From Macrostomum hystrix (taxonomy: Eukaryota; Animalia; Platyhelminthes): DNA of 64,000 bases. Each line of letters starts with the position of its first letter. Positions within the stretch are counted from its first letter, which is position 1. Under the pieces are notes generated by a model, which worked only from the letters and a program-made list of their open reading frames with translations, searched no databases and was not told the origin of the DNA. Below, one piece after another: positions 37,601 to 50,497 of the stretch. The position numbers and the translations under genes are program-made. The stretch covers positions 124,001-188,000 of the forward strand of contig CATNEN010000024.1 of the NCBI GenBank assembly GCA_950097015.1. Reading direction: 5' to 3'.

Positions 37601-37899
37601 AGCTTCAGCTCGAAGAAGATCGCCGTATCGAAGCGATGAATTCGACCAGCCAGAGCAGCACGGAGCTCCGCGGTGACTGGCCAGGCGAAGACGACGCCGA
37701 AGGACCCGGGACTGTGACCGAAGGGCAGCTGAATGAGGCTTTCTTTTTCGGCGACGGAAATTTTGAGGACTTCGAACTGGCGGAAACGCCCGTGTCCGCT
37801 GTGCTGCCAGTCGATGAAGCGACGGAGCCGATGGACTCAACTAGGAGGAGCCTGAACCAGAAAAACAACTTCACTCAGGAGTTCGACGTGTTCCTGTGA
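31629..37899 (+). CDS. Orphan class A (rhodopsin-like) 7TM receptor resembling GPR153/GPR162, with a long acidic C-tail (~665 aa); three 1-nt frameshifts in this assembly
   Basis: Exons 31629-32043, 32490-32889, 34187-34355, 36887-37899. TM1 EAIAWLSLLILAVP follows a very short N-terminus. Other landmarks: WTVGTCRLLV (TM3 Cys), AVDRLFLLR, IIISGWSCAAFITG, RCQFLPSQLD (ECL2 Cys), TM6 NAVAFFLNHLPMLILDFSAL, TM7 LLLESIVLPNSLWVVAVRYR. TM7 recalls GPR153 AQALLLPVFLWACDRYR. Frames switch at ~32774, ~37288 and ~37430. Confidence 0.82.
32128..32290. repeat. 38-bp T-rich tandem repeat, ~4 copies, GPCR intron 1
   Basis: GTTGCT at 32161 and 32199. Confidence 0.85.
34376..35995. repeat. 35-bp intronic minisatellite (GAGAGGCCGATTCTATCAGTCCTCTGATGGGATTT)n, ~46 copies
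   Basis: Period 35 (CTATC at 34801 and 34836). It starts ~20 nt after the 34356 donor. Confidence 0.97.
36497..36820. repeat. 20-bp intronic minisatellite (AAGCATCACAGAATCA[T/C]TCA)n, ~16 copies
   Basis: 20-nt period. It ends ~65 nt before the 36887 acceptor. Confidence 0.95.
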
Positions 37900-38693
37900 T
37901 CCCCATCCCAAAAATCCCGATCCAAAAATCCCGATCCAAAAATCCCGATCCAAAGAATCCCGATCCAAAGAATCCCCATCCCAAGGATCCCCATCCCAAG
38001 GATCCCCATTCCAAGGATCCCCATCCCAAAAATCACGATCCGAAGAATCCCCATCCCAAGGATCCCCATCCCAAGGATCCCAATCCCAAGGATCCCCATC
38101 CAAGGATCGCCATTCCAAGGATCTCCATCCCAAGGATCCCCATCCCAAGGATCCCCATCCCAAGGATCTCCATATCAAGGATCCCCATCCCAAGGATCTC
38201 CATCCCAAGGATCTCCATCCCAAGGATCTCTATCCCAAGGATCCCCATCCCCAAGGATCCCCATCCCCAAGGATCCCCATCCCCAAGGATCCCCATCCCA
38301 AGGATCCCCATCCCAAAGATCCCCATCCCAAGGATCCCCATCCCAAGGATCCCCATCGCAAGGATCCCCATCGCAAGGATCCCCATCCCAAGGATCCCCA
38401 TCCCAAGGATCCCCATCCCAAGGATCCCCATCGCAAGGATCCCCATCGCAAGGATCCCCATCCCAAAGATCCCCATCCCAAGGATCCCCATCCCAAGGAT
38501 CCCCCATCGCAAGGATCCCCATCGCCAAGGATCCCCATCCAAGGATCCCCATCCCAAGGATCCCCATCCAAGGAATCCCCATCCCCAAGGATCCCCATCC
38601 CAAGGATCCCCATCCCAAGGATCCCCATCCCAAGGATCCCCATCCCAAAAATCCCCATCCCAAGGATCCCCATCCCAAGGATCCCCATCCCGA
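37898..38693. repeat. 15-bp C-rich minisatellite (AAGGATCCCCATCCC)n starting at the GPCR stop codon
   Basis: 15-nt period (5-aa-period ORFs such as PRIPI and GMGIL). Confidence 0.95.
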
Positions 38694-39129
38694 GGTCATT
38701 GCAGCTGTCCATTATCCAGTATGTACAGAAAATATCATGACCTTTTTTGCCTAAATACTCAGCCGCTTGACGCCTTCCGACAATTATTTAATCATGCCGC
38801 TTAACAGTACGGTGCCAGAATGCATGCCTCAGGTATGATTTGAAAATCAACATTTTTTGTCTGACTTGTAAACGAGATTCCACCGCTGCTGCGTGATTTT
38901 CAATTGGCACAATTAATATATTATTTATCACATGGGGCTAATTTTCCTACCTTAAATAATTTATCCTTTATTTAAAATTTTGAAATCTCTGTGAGGCAAT
39001 GTTCACTTTCACTGTGACTTGGAGGTTGACTCTCATGAATAACCCCCGATTATATGTAGGTTCAGAATTGCTAAACTCGTGTTTTGATTTTGTGAAATAG
39101 CTCGTGATAGAAGTCTATCCATAGTTTCT

Positions 39130-42100
39130 GGCTGGGATTCCTGCTGCGCTTCTAGCTGCGATTCTAGCTACGATTCTAGCTGCGATTCTAGCTACGATTC
39201 TAGCTGCGATTCTAGCTGTGATTCTAGCTGCGATTCTAGCTACGATTCTAGCTGGGATTCTAGCTGCGATTCTAGCTACGATTCTAGCTGCGATTCTAGC
39301 TGCGATTCTAGCTGCGATTCTAGCTGCGATTCCAGCTACGATTCTAGCTGCGATTCTAGCTACGATTCTAGCTGCGATTTTAGCTACGATTCCAGCTACG
39401 ACTCCAGCTACGATTCCTGGTACGATTCCTTCCGTGAATCAAGCTAAATCTCAGATACGATTCTAGCTACGATTCTAGCTGCGATTTTAGCTACGATTCC
39501 AGCTACGATTCCAGCTACGATTCCTGGTACGATTCCTTCCGTGCATCAAGCTACATCCGAGCTACGATTCTAGCTACGATTCTAGCTACGATTCTAGCTA
39601 CGATTCCAGTTACGATTCCAGGTACGATTCCAGGTACGATTCCAGCTACGATTCCAGCTACGATTCCAGCTACGATTCCAGCTACGATTCCTGGTACGAT
39701 TCCTTCCGTGCATCAAGCTGCATCCGAGCTACGATTCTAGCTACGATTCGAGCTGCGATTCTAGCTGCGATTCTAGCCGCGATTCTAGCTACGATTCTAG
39801 CTGCGATAATAGCTACGATTCTAGCTGCGATTCCAGCTACGATTCTAGCTGCGATTCTAGCTACGATTCTAGCTGCCGATTTTAGCTACGATTCCAGCTT
39901 TGACTCCAGCTACGATTCCTGGTTACGATTCCTTCCGTGAATCAAGCCTACATCTTAGATACGATTCTAGCTAAGATTTCTAGCTGCGATTTTAGCTACG
40001 ATTCCAGCTACGATTCCAGCTACGATTCCTGGTCGATTCCTTCCGTGCATCAAGCTACATCCGAGCTACGATTCTAGCTACGATTCTAGCTTACGATTCT
40101 AGCTACGATTCCAGTTACGATTCCAGGTACGATTCCAGCTACGATTCCAGCTACGATTCCAGCTACGATTCCAGTTACGATTCCAGGTACGATTCCAGTT
40201 ACGATTCCAGCTACGATTCCAGCTACGATTCCAGCTACGATTCCTGGTATGATTCCTTCCGTGCATCAAGCTACATCCGAGCTACGATTCTAGCTACGAT
40301 TCTAGCTACGATTTCCCAGCTACGATTCCAGCTACGATTCCAGCTACGATTCCTGGTACGATTCCTTTCCGTGCATCAAGCTACATCCGAGCTACGATTC
40401 TAGCTGCGATTCTAGCTGCGATTCTAGCTGCGATTCTAGCTACGATTCTAGCTGCGATAATAGCTACGATTCTAGCTGCGATTCCAGCTACGATTCTAGC
40501 TGCGATTCTAGCTACGATTCTAGCTGCGATTTTAGCTACGATTCCAGCTTTGACTCCAGCTACGATTCCTGGTACGATTCCTTCCGTGAATCAAGCTACA
40601 TCTCAGATACGATTCTAGCTACGATTCTAGCTGCGATTTTAGCTACGATTCCAGCTACGACTCCAGCTACGATTCCTGTGTACGATTCCTTTCCGTGAAT
40701 CAAGCTAAATCTCAGATACGATTCTAGCTACGATTCTAGCTGCGATTTTAGCTTACGATTCCAGCTACGATTCCAGCTTACGATTCCTGGTACGATTCCT
40801 TCCGTGCATCAAGCTACATCCGAGCTACGATTCTAGCTACGATTCTAGCTACGATTCTAGCTACGATTCCAGTTACGATTCCAGGTACGAATTCCAGGTA
40901 CGATTCCAGCTACGATTCCAGCTACGATTCCAGCTACGATTCCAGCTTACGATTCCTGGTACGATTCCTTCCGTGCATCAAGCTACATCCGAGCTACGAT
41001 TCTAGCTACGATTCTAGCTACGATTCCAGCTACGATTCCAGCTACGATTTCTGGTAAGATTCCTTCCGTGCATCAAGCTACATCCCAGCTACGATACTAG
41101 CTATGATTCCAGCTACGATTCCAGCTACGATTCCAGCTACGATTCCTGGTACGATTCCTTCCGTGCATCAAGCTGCATCCGAGCTACGATTCTAGCTACG
41201 ATTCTAGCTGCGATTCTAGCTGCGATTTTAGCTACGATTCCAGCTACGATTCCAGCTACGATTCCTGGTACGATTCCTTCCGTGCATCAAGCTACATCCG
41301 AGCTACGATTCTAGCTACGATTCTAGCTACGATTCTAGCTACGATTCCAGTTACGATTCCAGGTACGATTCCAGGTACGATTCCAGCTACGATTCCAGCT
41401 ACGATTCCAGCTACGATTCCAGCTACGATTCCTGGTACGATTCCTTCCGTGCATCAAGCTACATCCGAGCTACGATTCTAGCTACGATTCTAGCTACGAT
41501 TCCAGCTACGATTCCAGCTACGATTTCTGGTAAGATTCCTTCCGTGCATCAAGCTACATTCCAAGCTACGATACTAGCTATGATTCCAGCTACGATTCCA
41601 GCTACGATTCCAGCTACGATTCCCTGGTACGATTCCTTCCGTGCCATCAAGCTGCATCCGAGCTACGATTCTAGCTACGATTCTAGCTGCGATTCTAGCT
41701 GCGATTCTAGCTGCGATTCTAGCCGCGATTCTAGCTACGATTCTAGCTGCGATAATAGCTACGATTCTAGCTGCGATTCCAGCTACGATTCCAGCTACGA
41801 TTCCTGGTACGATTCCTTCCGTGCATCAAGCTGCATCCGAGCTACGATTCTAGCTACGATTCTAGCTACGATTCTAGCTACGATTCCAGTTACGATTCCA
41901 GGTACGATTCCAGGTACGATTCCAGCTACGATTCCAGCTACGATTCCAGTTACGATTCCAGGTACGATTCCAGGTACGATTCCAGCTACGATTCCAGCTA
42001 CGATTCCAGCTACGATTCCTGGTACGATTCCTTCCGTGCATCAAGCTACATCCGAGCTACGATTTTAGCTACGATTCTAGCTACGATTCCAGCTACGATT

Positions 42101-43690
42101 CCAGCTACGATTCCAGCTACGATTCCTGTACGATTCCTTCCGTGCATCAAGCTACATCCGAGCTACGATTCTAGCTACGATTCTAGCTACGATTCCAGCT
42201 ACGATTCCAGCTACGATTCCAGCTACGATTCCTGGTACGATTCCTGGTACGATTCCTTCCGTGAATCAAGCTACATCTCAGATACGATTCTAGCTACGAT
42301 TCCAGCTACGATTCCAGCTACGATTCAAGCTACGATTCCTGGTACGATTCCTTCCGTGAATCAAGCTACATCCCAGCTACGATTCTAGCTACGATTCTAG
42401 CTATGACTCCAGCTACGATTCCAGCTACGATTCCTGGTACGATTCCTTCCGTGAATCAAGCTACATCCCAGCTACGATTCTAGCTACGATTCTAGCTATG
42501 ATTCCAGCTACGATTCCAGCTACGATTTCTGGTAAGATTCCTTCCGTGCTTCTAGCTAAAACCCAGCTACGATTCTAGCTGCGATTCTAGCTGCGATTCT
42601 AGCTACGATTCCAGCTACGATTCCAGCTACGATTCCTGGTACGATTCCTTCCATGCATCAAGCTACATCCCAGCTACGATTCTAGCTGCGATTCTAGCTA
42701 CGATTCCAGCTACGATTTCTGGTACGATTCTTCCGTGCTTCTAGCTACAACCCAGCTACGATTCTAGCTGCGATTCTAGCTACGATTCCAGCTACGATTT
42801 CTGGTACGATTCTTCCGTGCTTCTAGCTACAACCCAGCTACGATTCTAGCTGCGATTCTAACTGCGATTCTAGCTGCGATTCTAGCTGCGATTCTAGCTA
42901 CGATTCCAGCTACGATTCCAGCTACGATTTCTGGTACGATTCTTCCGTGCTTCTAGCTACAACCCAGCTACGATTTCAGCTGCGATTCTAGCTTCAACCC
43001 AGCTACGATTCTAGCTGCGATTCTAGCTGCGATTCTAGCTGCGATTCTAGCTACGATTCTAGCTGCGATTCTAGCTACGATTCTAGCTGCGATTCCAGCT
43101 ACGATTTCAGCTACGATTCCTTCCATACATCAAGCTACATCGCAGCTGCGATTCTAGCTATGATTCTGGCTATGATTCCAGCTGCGATTTCTGGTACGAT
43201 TCCTTCCGTGCTTCTAGCTACAACCCAGCTACGATTCTAGCTGCGATTCTAGCTGCGATTCTAGCTACGATTCTAGCTGCGATTCTTGCTACGATTCCAG
43301 CTACGATTTCTGATACGATTCCTTCCGTGCTTCTAGCTACAACCCATCTACGATTCCAGCTACGATTTCTGCGTACGATTCCTTCCGTGGCTTCTAGCTA
43401 CAACCCAGCTACGATTGTAGCTACGATTCTAGCTGCGATTCTAGCTACGATTCTAGCTGCGATTCTTGCTACGATTCCAGCTACGATTCTGATACGATTC
43501 CTTCCGTGCTTCTAGCTACAACCCATCTACGATTCCAGCTACGATTTCTGGTACGATTCCTTCCGTGCTTCTAGCTACAACCCAGCTACGATTGTAGCTA
43601 CGATTCTAGCAACTATTCTAGCTACGAATCCTGGTGCGATTCCTTCCGTGATTTGTGCTAAAACCCAGCTTCGATTCTAGCTACGATTCC
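39130..43690. repeat. Hierarchical satellite built from 12-bp subunits (GATTC[T/C]AGCT[A/G]C) punctuated by a conserved spacer block
   Basis: 12-nt period. A recurring block GATTCCTGGTACGATTCCTTCCGTGCATCAAGCTACATCCGAGCTAC defines variable-length higher-order units. Confidence 0.96.
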
Positions 43691-44171
43691 AGCCTGATTT
43701 CAGCAACAATTTTCGGATAAAACGACAATTATTTCTCCGCTTCTAGCTAGGACTTAAGAGTTTGGGGACTGACTCATCGCACCTTGTTGAATCATGACTA
43801 AAAACCATTAGCTAGCTGGTAAGCTCACATTACTGCGCCGACAAAGGTACGAAAAGTCTTACAGATCTGTTGTAAGACCTATCGATCACCTTGTTGATAT
43901 TGATCTGAGCACACACACACACCGGAAGATGAGACGGCACGTGACTAAAAGGAATGTAGCTCGTATCTTTCAGTAGTAAATTTTATCACAAAAGCGCAAT
44001 CAGTTTTTTTGCTTGGCTTTTTGAGTAGATCATTGTGCTGGAGTTACACAGAGTTCAATAGCCGAATTGTAAGTTGTGAGTTATGTGAACTGTGAATTTT
44101 TTTATTGTGAATTGTGCGAACGGTGAATTGTATGGATGATGAATTCTGTGAATGGTGAATTGTGCAAATTG

Positions 44172-44486
44172 TGAATTTGGAATTGTGTAAATTGTTAGTT
44201 GTGTGAATTGTTAGTTGTGTGAATTGTTAGTTGTGTGAATTGTTAGTTGTGTGAATTGTTAGTTGTGTGAATTGTTAGTTGTGTGAATTGTTAGTTGTGT
44301 GAATTGTTAGTTGTGTGAATTGTTAGTTGTGTGAATTGTTAGTTGTGTGAATTGTTAGTTGTGTGAATTGTTAGTTGTGTGAATGTTAGTTGTGTGAATT
44401 GTTAGTTGTGTGAATTGTTAGTTGTGTGAATTGTTAGTTGTGTGAATTGTTAGTTGTGTGAATTGTTAGTTGTGTGAATTCTTAGT
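44172..44486. repeat. 16-bp minisatellite (GAATTGTTAGTTGTGT)n, ~19 copies
   Basis: GAAT at 44221 and 44237. Confidence 0.96.
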
Positions 44487-45489
44487 TTTTGGGGGATTTT
44501 TTAATTGTGAATTCTGTGAACTATGAATGCGTGAATAGTGAATTTTGTGAATGGTGCAATGCAGAATGTGCCTGGCAGGAAGCTCTGGCTTAAAAAGGCT
44601 GCAATTTAAGCTTGCAAGCCCTCAGCTCCGACAGTTGCAGTTTTGCATTGCCGTGTTCTCTCGCCAAATTTAGTCGCTCATTGTTTCGCAGAGAAGCAGC
44701 AAGCAGGAGAAACATTTGCTTTCTTGGAATGCGCTTCCAAAGTGGTCTGGCTACCCTCGCCAATACGGATGGGAGATCCTCTCAGATGGGGATTTCAAAA
44801 CCAATTGGGGTCTGGGGTGGGCAGGAACCGCAGAAATTCCTCGCCAAATTTCCCAAGGTCTTCGAATCCTTTTCATTTCTCGTACCTTCGAGGCAAATTT
44901 GGCTTCTTATGTTTCCAGATCGGGTTTTAGGAGTGTGCGCGTGTGTGTGTGTTTTTCACTAATCCCCATCTCTTCTTTCACAATTCCGTTGATAAGACGC
45001 AAGAGGAGCTGCAGGCTGCACCACCCGTGTGACTCATTGCGACATTCCCCTTTCCCAACGTGTTGGGCTTCCCTACGCGGCATGGGAAGGATGAATGGGG
45101 CGCCCAGAGTCACACGTCAATGCGTCTTGGGAGATTTTGTGGCGAAATAGGATTCCCCACTTCTCGACATCTTGACGCTGGGCGATCGGGATTTGTCAGG
45201 GTGGAGAACCGCGCCCAGCAACAGCTCGAGGAGATCGGATAGGCCCTCAAATCTTCAATAGCTGCTCATGTCGCCTACCTTGGCTCTTTGGGGGTCTTGA
45301 AAACCGTCCTGAAATTTGTTCTAGCGTTATCGCACGACACGAGAACTTCTATTCATACAATTGCAGCTGTCATTTGGATGGGACAGAGTAAAATTGGATG
45401 ACTTAAGCTCCAGGATCCCAACAATTCGTGGACACAAATCCCAGCGATCATGTGACCTTCGTTTTGCTACCTCCGTCTACAAACCATCT

Positions 45490-46872
45490 GAATCCCATCC
45501 ATCAGACCCCATCCCTTGAATCTCATCCCTCAGACCCCATCCCTTGTATCCCATCCTCTGTATCCCATCCCCTGTATCCCATCCTCTGTATCCCATCCTC
45601 ACTATCCCATCCTTTGTATCCCATCCTCTGTATCCCATCCTCAGTATCCCATCCTCTGTATCCCATCCTCACTATCCCATCCTTTGTATCCCATCCTCAG
45701 TATCTCATCTCCTGTATCCCATCCTCACTATCCCATCCTCTGTATCCATCCTCAGTATCCCATTCTCAGTATATTATCCTCACTATCCCATCCTCTGTAT
45801 CCCATCCCCTGTATGCCATCCTCTGCATCCCATCCTCTGTATCCCATCCTCTGTATCCCATCCTCTGTATGCCATCCTCTGTATCCCATCCTCTGTATCC
45901 CATCCTCTGTATCCCATCCTCTGTATCCCATCCCCTGTATCCCAGCCTCTGTATCCCATCCCCTGTATCCCAGCCTCTGTATCCCATCCTCTGTATCCCA
46001 TCCCCTGTATCCCATCCCCTGTATCCCATCCCCAGTATCCCAGCCTCTGTATCCCATCCCCTGTTATCCCAGCCTCTGTATCCCCATCCCCTGAATCCCA
46101 TCCTCTGTATCCCATCCTCACTATCCCATCCTCTGTATCCCATCCTCTGTATCCCATCCTCTGTATCCCATCCTCTGTATCCCATCCCTGTATCCCATCC
46201 TCTGTATCCCATCCCCTGTATCCCATCCCCTGTATCCCATCCCCAGTATCCCAGCCTCTGTATCCCATCCCCTGTATCCCAGCCTCTGTATCCCATCCCC
46301 TGAATCCCATCCTCTGTATCCCATCCTCACTATCCCATCCTCTGTATCCCATCCTCTGTATCCCATCCCCTGTATCCCAGCCTCTGTATCCCATCCCCTG
46401 TATCCTATCCTCTGTATCCCATCCTCTGTATCCCATCCTCTGTATCCCATCCTCTGTATCCCATCCTCTGTATCCCATCCCCTGTATCCCATCCCCTGTA
46501 TCCCATCCCCAGTATCCCAGCCTCTGTATCCCATCCCCTGTATCCCAGCCTCTGTATCCCATCCCCTGAATCCCATCCTCTGTATCCCATCCTCACTATC
46601 CCATCCTCTGTATCCCATCCTCTGTATCCCATCCTCTGTATCCCATCCTCTGTATCCCATCCCCTGTATCCCAGCCTCTGTATCCCATCCCCTGTATCCC
46701 AGCCTCTGTATCCCATCCCCTGAATCCCATCCTCTGTATCCCATCCTCACTATCCATCCTCTGTATCCCATCCTCTGTATCCCCATCCTCTGTATCCCAT
46801 CCTCTGTATCCCATCCTCGGTATCCCATCCTCTGTATCCCATCCTCTGTATCCCATCCTCGGTATCCCATCT
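45490..46872. repeat. 14-bp C-rich minisatellite (TATCCCATCCTCTG)n, ~98 copies
   Basis: 14-nt period. All ORFs at 45428-46948 are artefacts. Confidence 0.96.
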
Positions 46873-47010
46873 CATCGATCGCATCACTTCCCATCCCTTG
46901 AACCCCTGATCCTCTGGCCCCAGCAACAGAGAAGAGGATAGGCGACACTTGAGTTCTAGAATTCTGCAGATTATTTCTTTTCGCTTCTCCCCTTTCAGAA
47001 GCAGAAGCAG

Positions 47011-47213
47011 CTAGCAGAAGCTTTTAATTGGAAATTGTACTCTCAACACGAGAAGTTGTTCGCGGTCGAAAAAAGACTGCTTCCGATTTCTGGGGCTGAT
47101 TAACTCCCATGTCAAGGGGCTGCTTGTTGCTTGGGAAAAAAGCATGGCCAATGCCGTTCGGGACATCGTGCTCATCGCTTGTGTCATTCGGGTCACGGCA
47201 TGCCGTGTCATCT
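47011..47213 (-). other. Possible terminal exon of an unresolved minus-strand transcript
   Basis: Strong acceptor (AAATTATTTCAG| at 47214), with two open frames behind it, and a GTGAG donor at 48483 across the 31-bp array. The reading frame and upstream exons could not be fixed. Confidence 0.25.
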
Positions 47214-47461
47214 CTGAAATAATTTTAGCACGATGCCATCCCTGTCAGGAGAATTCTGAACCAGATGAAGGTTCGCTTTTAAATGGTCATGAAAATATGT
47301 CATTAGTTACATAGATACAGCCGTATAAACTGTGTGTTTACACGGGTAGTCGTAGCATGACAATTAGAAAACTGGCTTGAAAACCTTAGAATTCCCAACA
47401 TCCTCAAACAAATATCCTAAAAAAATAATAATAAAATAAAAAAATATCAAACGCCGCGCAG

Positions 47462-48145
47462 ACCTGAAGTGGGGAGCAAAATTCCCCACTCCCAAAATCC
47501 CAGACCTGAAGCTTCCCCAAACCCAACATCCCCTGACCTGAAACTTCCCCAAACCCAAAATCCCCTGACCTGAAACTTCCCCAAACCCAACATCCCCTGA
47601 CCTGAAACTTTCCCACTCTCAAAATCCCCAGACCTGAAACTTCCCCAAACCCAAAATCCCCTGACCTGAAACTTCCCCAAACCCAACATCCCCTGACCTG
47701 AAACTTTCCCACTCTCAAAATCCCCAGATCTGAAACTTCCCCTCTCTTAAAATCCCCAGAACTGAAACTTCTCCTCACCCAAAATCCCCAGACCTGAAGC
47801 TTCCCCACACCCAAAATCCCCAGATCTGACACTTCTCCTCACCCAAAATCCCCGGATCTGAAACTTTCCTACTCCTAAAATCCCCGGATCTGAAACTTCC
47901 CCACTCTCAAAATCCCCGGATCTGAACTTCCCTACTCCTAAAATCCCCAGATCTGAAGCTTCCCCCAAACCCAATATTCCCAGATCTGACAACTTCTCCT
48001 CACCCACAATCCCCGGATCTGAAGCTTCCCCACTCTCAAAATCCCCGGATCTGAAACTTCCCCACTCTCAAAATCCCCGGATCTGAAACTTCCCTACTCC
48101 TAAAATCCCCAGATCTGAAACTTCCCCCAAACCCAATATCCCTAG
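47462..48145. repeat. ~31-bp degenerate C-rich minisatellite (AAAATCCCCAGATCTGAAACTTCCCCACTCTC-like)
   Basis: Recurrent CTGAAACTT every 30-32 nt. Confidence 0.92.
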
Positions 48146-48784
48146 AAGAGCAAATTCTCGAAACCGGAAGATTAACAAAAAATTCAAAAGTTTCCCTAAC
48201 AATGCTTTTTTCCTTAGCGAAACTTGGCAGTGAAGATTTAGTTGAAAATCACATTTAATAAATTAAAGTGTAAGCTGCGAAAAAATTTCCAATTAAAACA
48301 AAACTAATTGCCCACCCGTGGGTGGTAAATTAATTTCACACACGTCGCATACGGATCCGAGTATGTCGCCAATGTATCTAATCCTCATGCCTCAGTGCTG
48401 TTAACAAGCTCCTGTTACAGCCACTCTGATTAGGCCAAAGAAGAAGTTTAATGAAACAAAATGATAGCGCTTAACTCCCTCACCTTCCTCCTTGGTTCGT
48501 CCAGTCGTTCCAGATTTCAGACAATTGGATTTACCGGAGAGTAAATACTTACATCTTTTCTATTTTCTAATACGTAGGCTAGAAATATAATGAGATGGAT
48601 GGTGTCCTGACTCAATGCAGTTATTGTGTAGCAGTTCCGTCACCAAGTGTTACCTATTTCAGGACATCAATACAATGCTGAGCGTGAGAGACTGCTGGGT
48701 CACTGAGAAATTCTTCCTCGAAATCTCAGTGTGGTAAATATCTAAGATTGTATTTCACCCCAACGATAATCTACTCCGTCAATA

Positions 48785-49680
48785 TCAGTGATCCGCCCCT
48801 CGATTCCGCCCTCTCAATCTCAGAGATCAGCTCCTCATTTCCGCCCCTCTCAATCTCAAAGATCCGCTACTCATTTCCTCCCTCTCAGTCTCAAAGATCC
48901 GCTCCTCATTTCCTCCCTCTCAGTCTCAAAGATCCGCTCCTCATTTCCGCCCTCTCAGTCTCAAAGATCCGCTCCTCATTTCCTCCCTCTCAGTCTCAGT
49001 GATCCGCTCCTCATTTCCACCCTATCAATCTCAGTGATCCGCCCCTTATTTCCGCCCTCTCAGTCTCAAGATCCGCTCCTCATTTCCGCCCTCTCAGTCT
49101 CAAAGATCCGCTCCTCATTTCCTCCCTCTCAGTCTCAGTGATCCGCTCCTCATTTCCACCCTATCAATCTCAGTGATCCGCCCCTTATTTCCGCCCTCTC
49201 AGTCTCAAAGATCCGCTCCTCATTTCCGCCCTCTCAGTCTCAAAGATCCGCTCCTCATTTCCGCCCTCTCAGTCTCAAAGATCCGCTCCTCATTTCCTCC
49301 CTGTTCAGTCTCAAAGATCCGCTCCTCATTTCCTCCCTCTCAGTCTCAAAGATCCGCTCCTCATTTCCGCCCTCTCAGTCTCAAAGATCCGCTCCTCATT
49401 TCCGCCCTCTCAGTCTCAAAGATCCGCTCCTCATTTCCGCCCTCTCAGTCTCAAAGATCCGCTCCTCATTTCCTCCCTCTCAGTCTCAAAGATCCGCTCC
49501 TCATTTCCTCCCTCTCAGTCTCAAAGATCCGCTCCTCATTTCCTCCCTCTCAGTCTCAAAGATCCGCTCCTCATTTCCGCCCTCTCAGTCTCAAGATCCG
49601 CTCCTCATTTCCTCCCTCTCAGTCTTAAAGATCCGCTCCTCCTTTCCGCCCTCCCTGTCTCAGAGATCTGCTCATTTCCG
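48785..49680. repeat. 35-bp pyrimidine-rich minisatellite (CTCTCAGTCTCAAAGATCCGCTCCTCATTTCC[G/T]CC)n, ~25 copies
   Basis: TCAAA at 49381 and 49416. Confidence 0.95.
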
Positions 49681-50497
49681 TTCTTCTTTATCTTAAGGGG
49701 CTTTTTCGTCCTGTCAGGTTCAACTGTTGAAGCACATGAGTATTTCAGTGTTTTACTTAAAATGAGTACTCAACCTTTCAGAGCACATCAAATCAACTGT
49801 GAGCTATTTTTATATTTCCGATTTTTCAAGCTTTTTATTGATAAAAAAGGCATGCGCCTTCGCAAATAAAGGACTCACGAATAATTAGCGGAAAGCAGAA
49901 GAAAAGCAACTTCCGTACTAAGAAATGTAACTTTGCCGCCAAAACTTCTAAGACAATGGTCAAATGGCCTTTAAGACAATGGATGATTAATTGACTAGTG
50001 CAGTGATTCGCAAGCAACAGTGCAAATATAAAACTATCATAAAACGCTTTCAATTCGTATCGCATATTTTTTTACAAGTACAGTTTTGAGGAGAATAAAT
50101 GATTTGTTTGACCGTGAAAAATCGTTACACTTGCTCAGTTACTCGTAGTTAAAACAAAAAAAATAATGAATTGCAGAGCTCGCGCGAGTAAGACTTGTAA
50201 ACGAGATGCCGTTAATAGACAAATTGACAGAAGTAAGAAAACTGTTTTTAACGAGATTCCACGATCAATTCTTTCTACGAGCGTACATGGCTTAAAGAAA
50301 CGTGTACAGAATAACACACTAATTTGGAATCTGCGGTGATAAGAATTTGAACAATTCAAGTGGCAACTGAGACTGTTCTGTTCTGTGCACAGGAGGTAAA
50401 GTTGCTTTCGCGTTTGTTATAATTTTAGTTGTGAAAAAACTGATTATTATGATTCCAAAACTCAACGGATTAGAGATGAAACTTCGATAAACAGCTG

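Noticed and set aside
37837-38804. Pro-rich, collagen-like or mucin-like ORFs
   Set aside because: 15-bp array downstream of the GPCR stop codon.
44612-45310. Overlapping short ORFs and a possible 30-nt minus-strand exon (~45281-45310)
   Set aside because: Could not be chained into a coherent frame; no domain similarity.
45428-46948. Gly/Tyr/Trp-rich or Pro-rich ORFs resembling eggshell or adhesive proteins
   Set aside because: 14-bp non-triplet period; the same peptide appears in all frames.
48500-50400. Series of plus-strand micro-exon-like AG...GT segments (48521-48540, 48663-48733, 49782-49798, 50393-50395), suggesting a micro-exon gene
   Set aside because: Phases do not chain into an open frame with a signal peptide, and such sites are expected by chance in AT-rich DNA.
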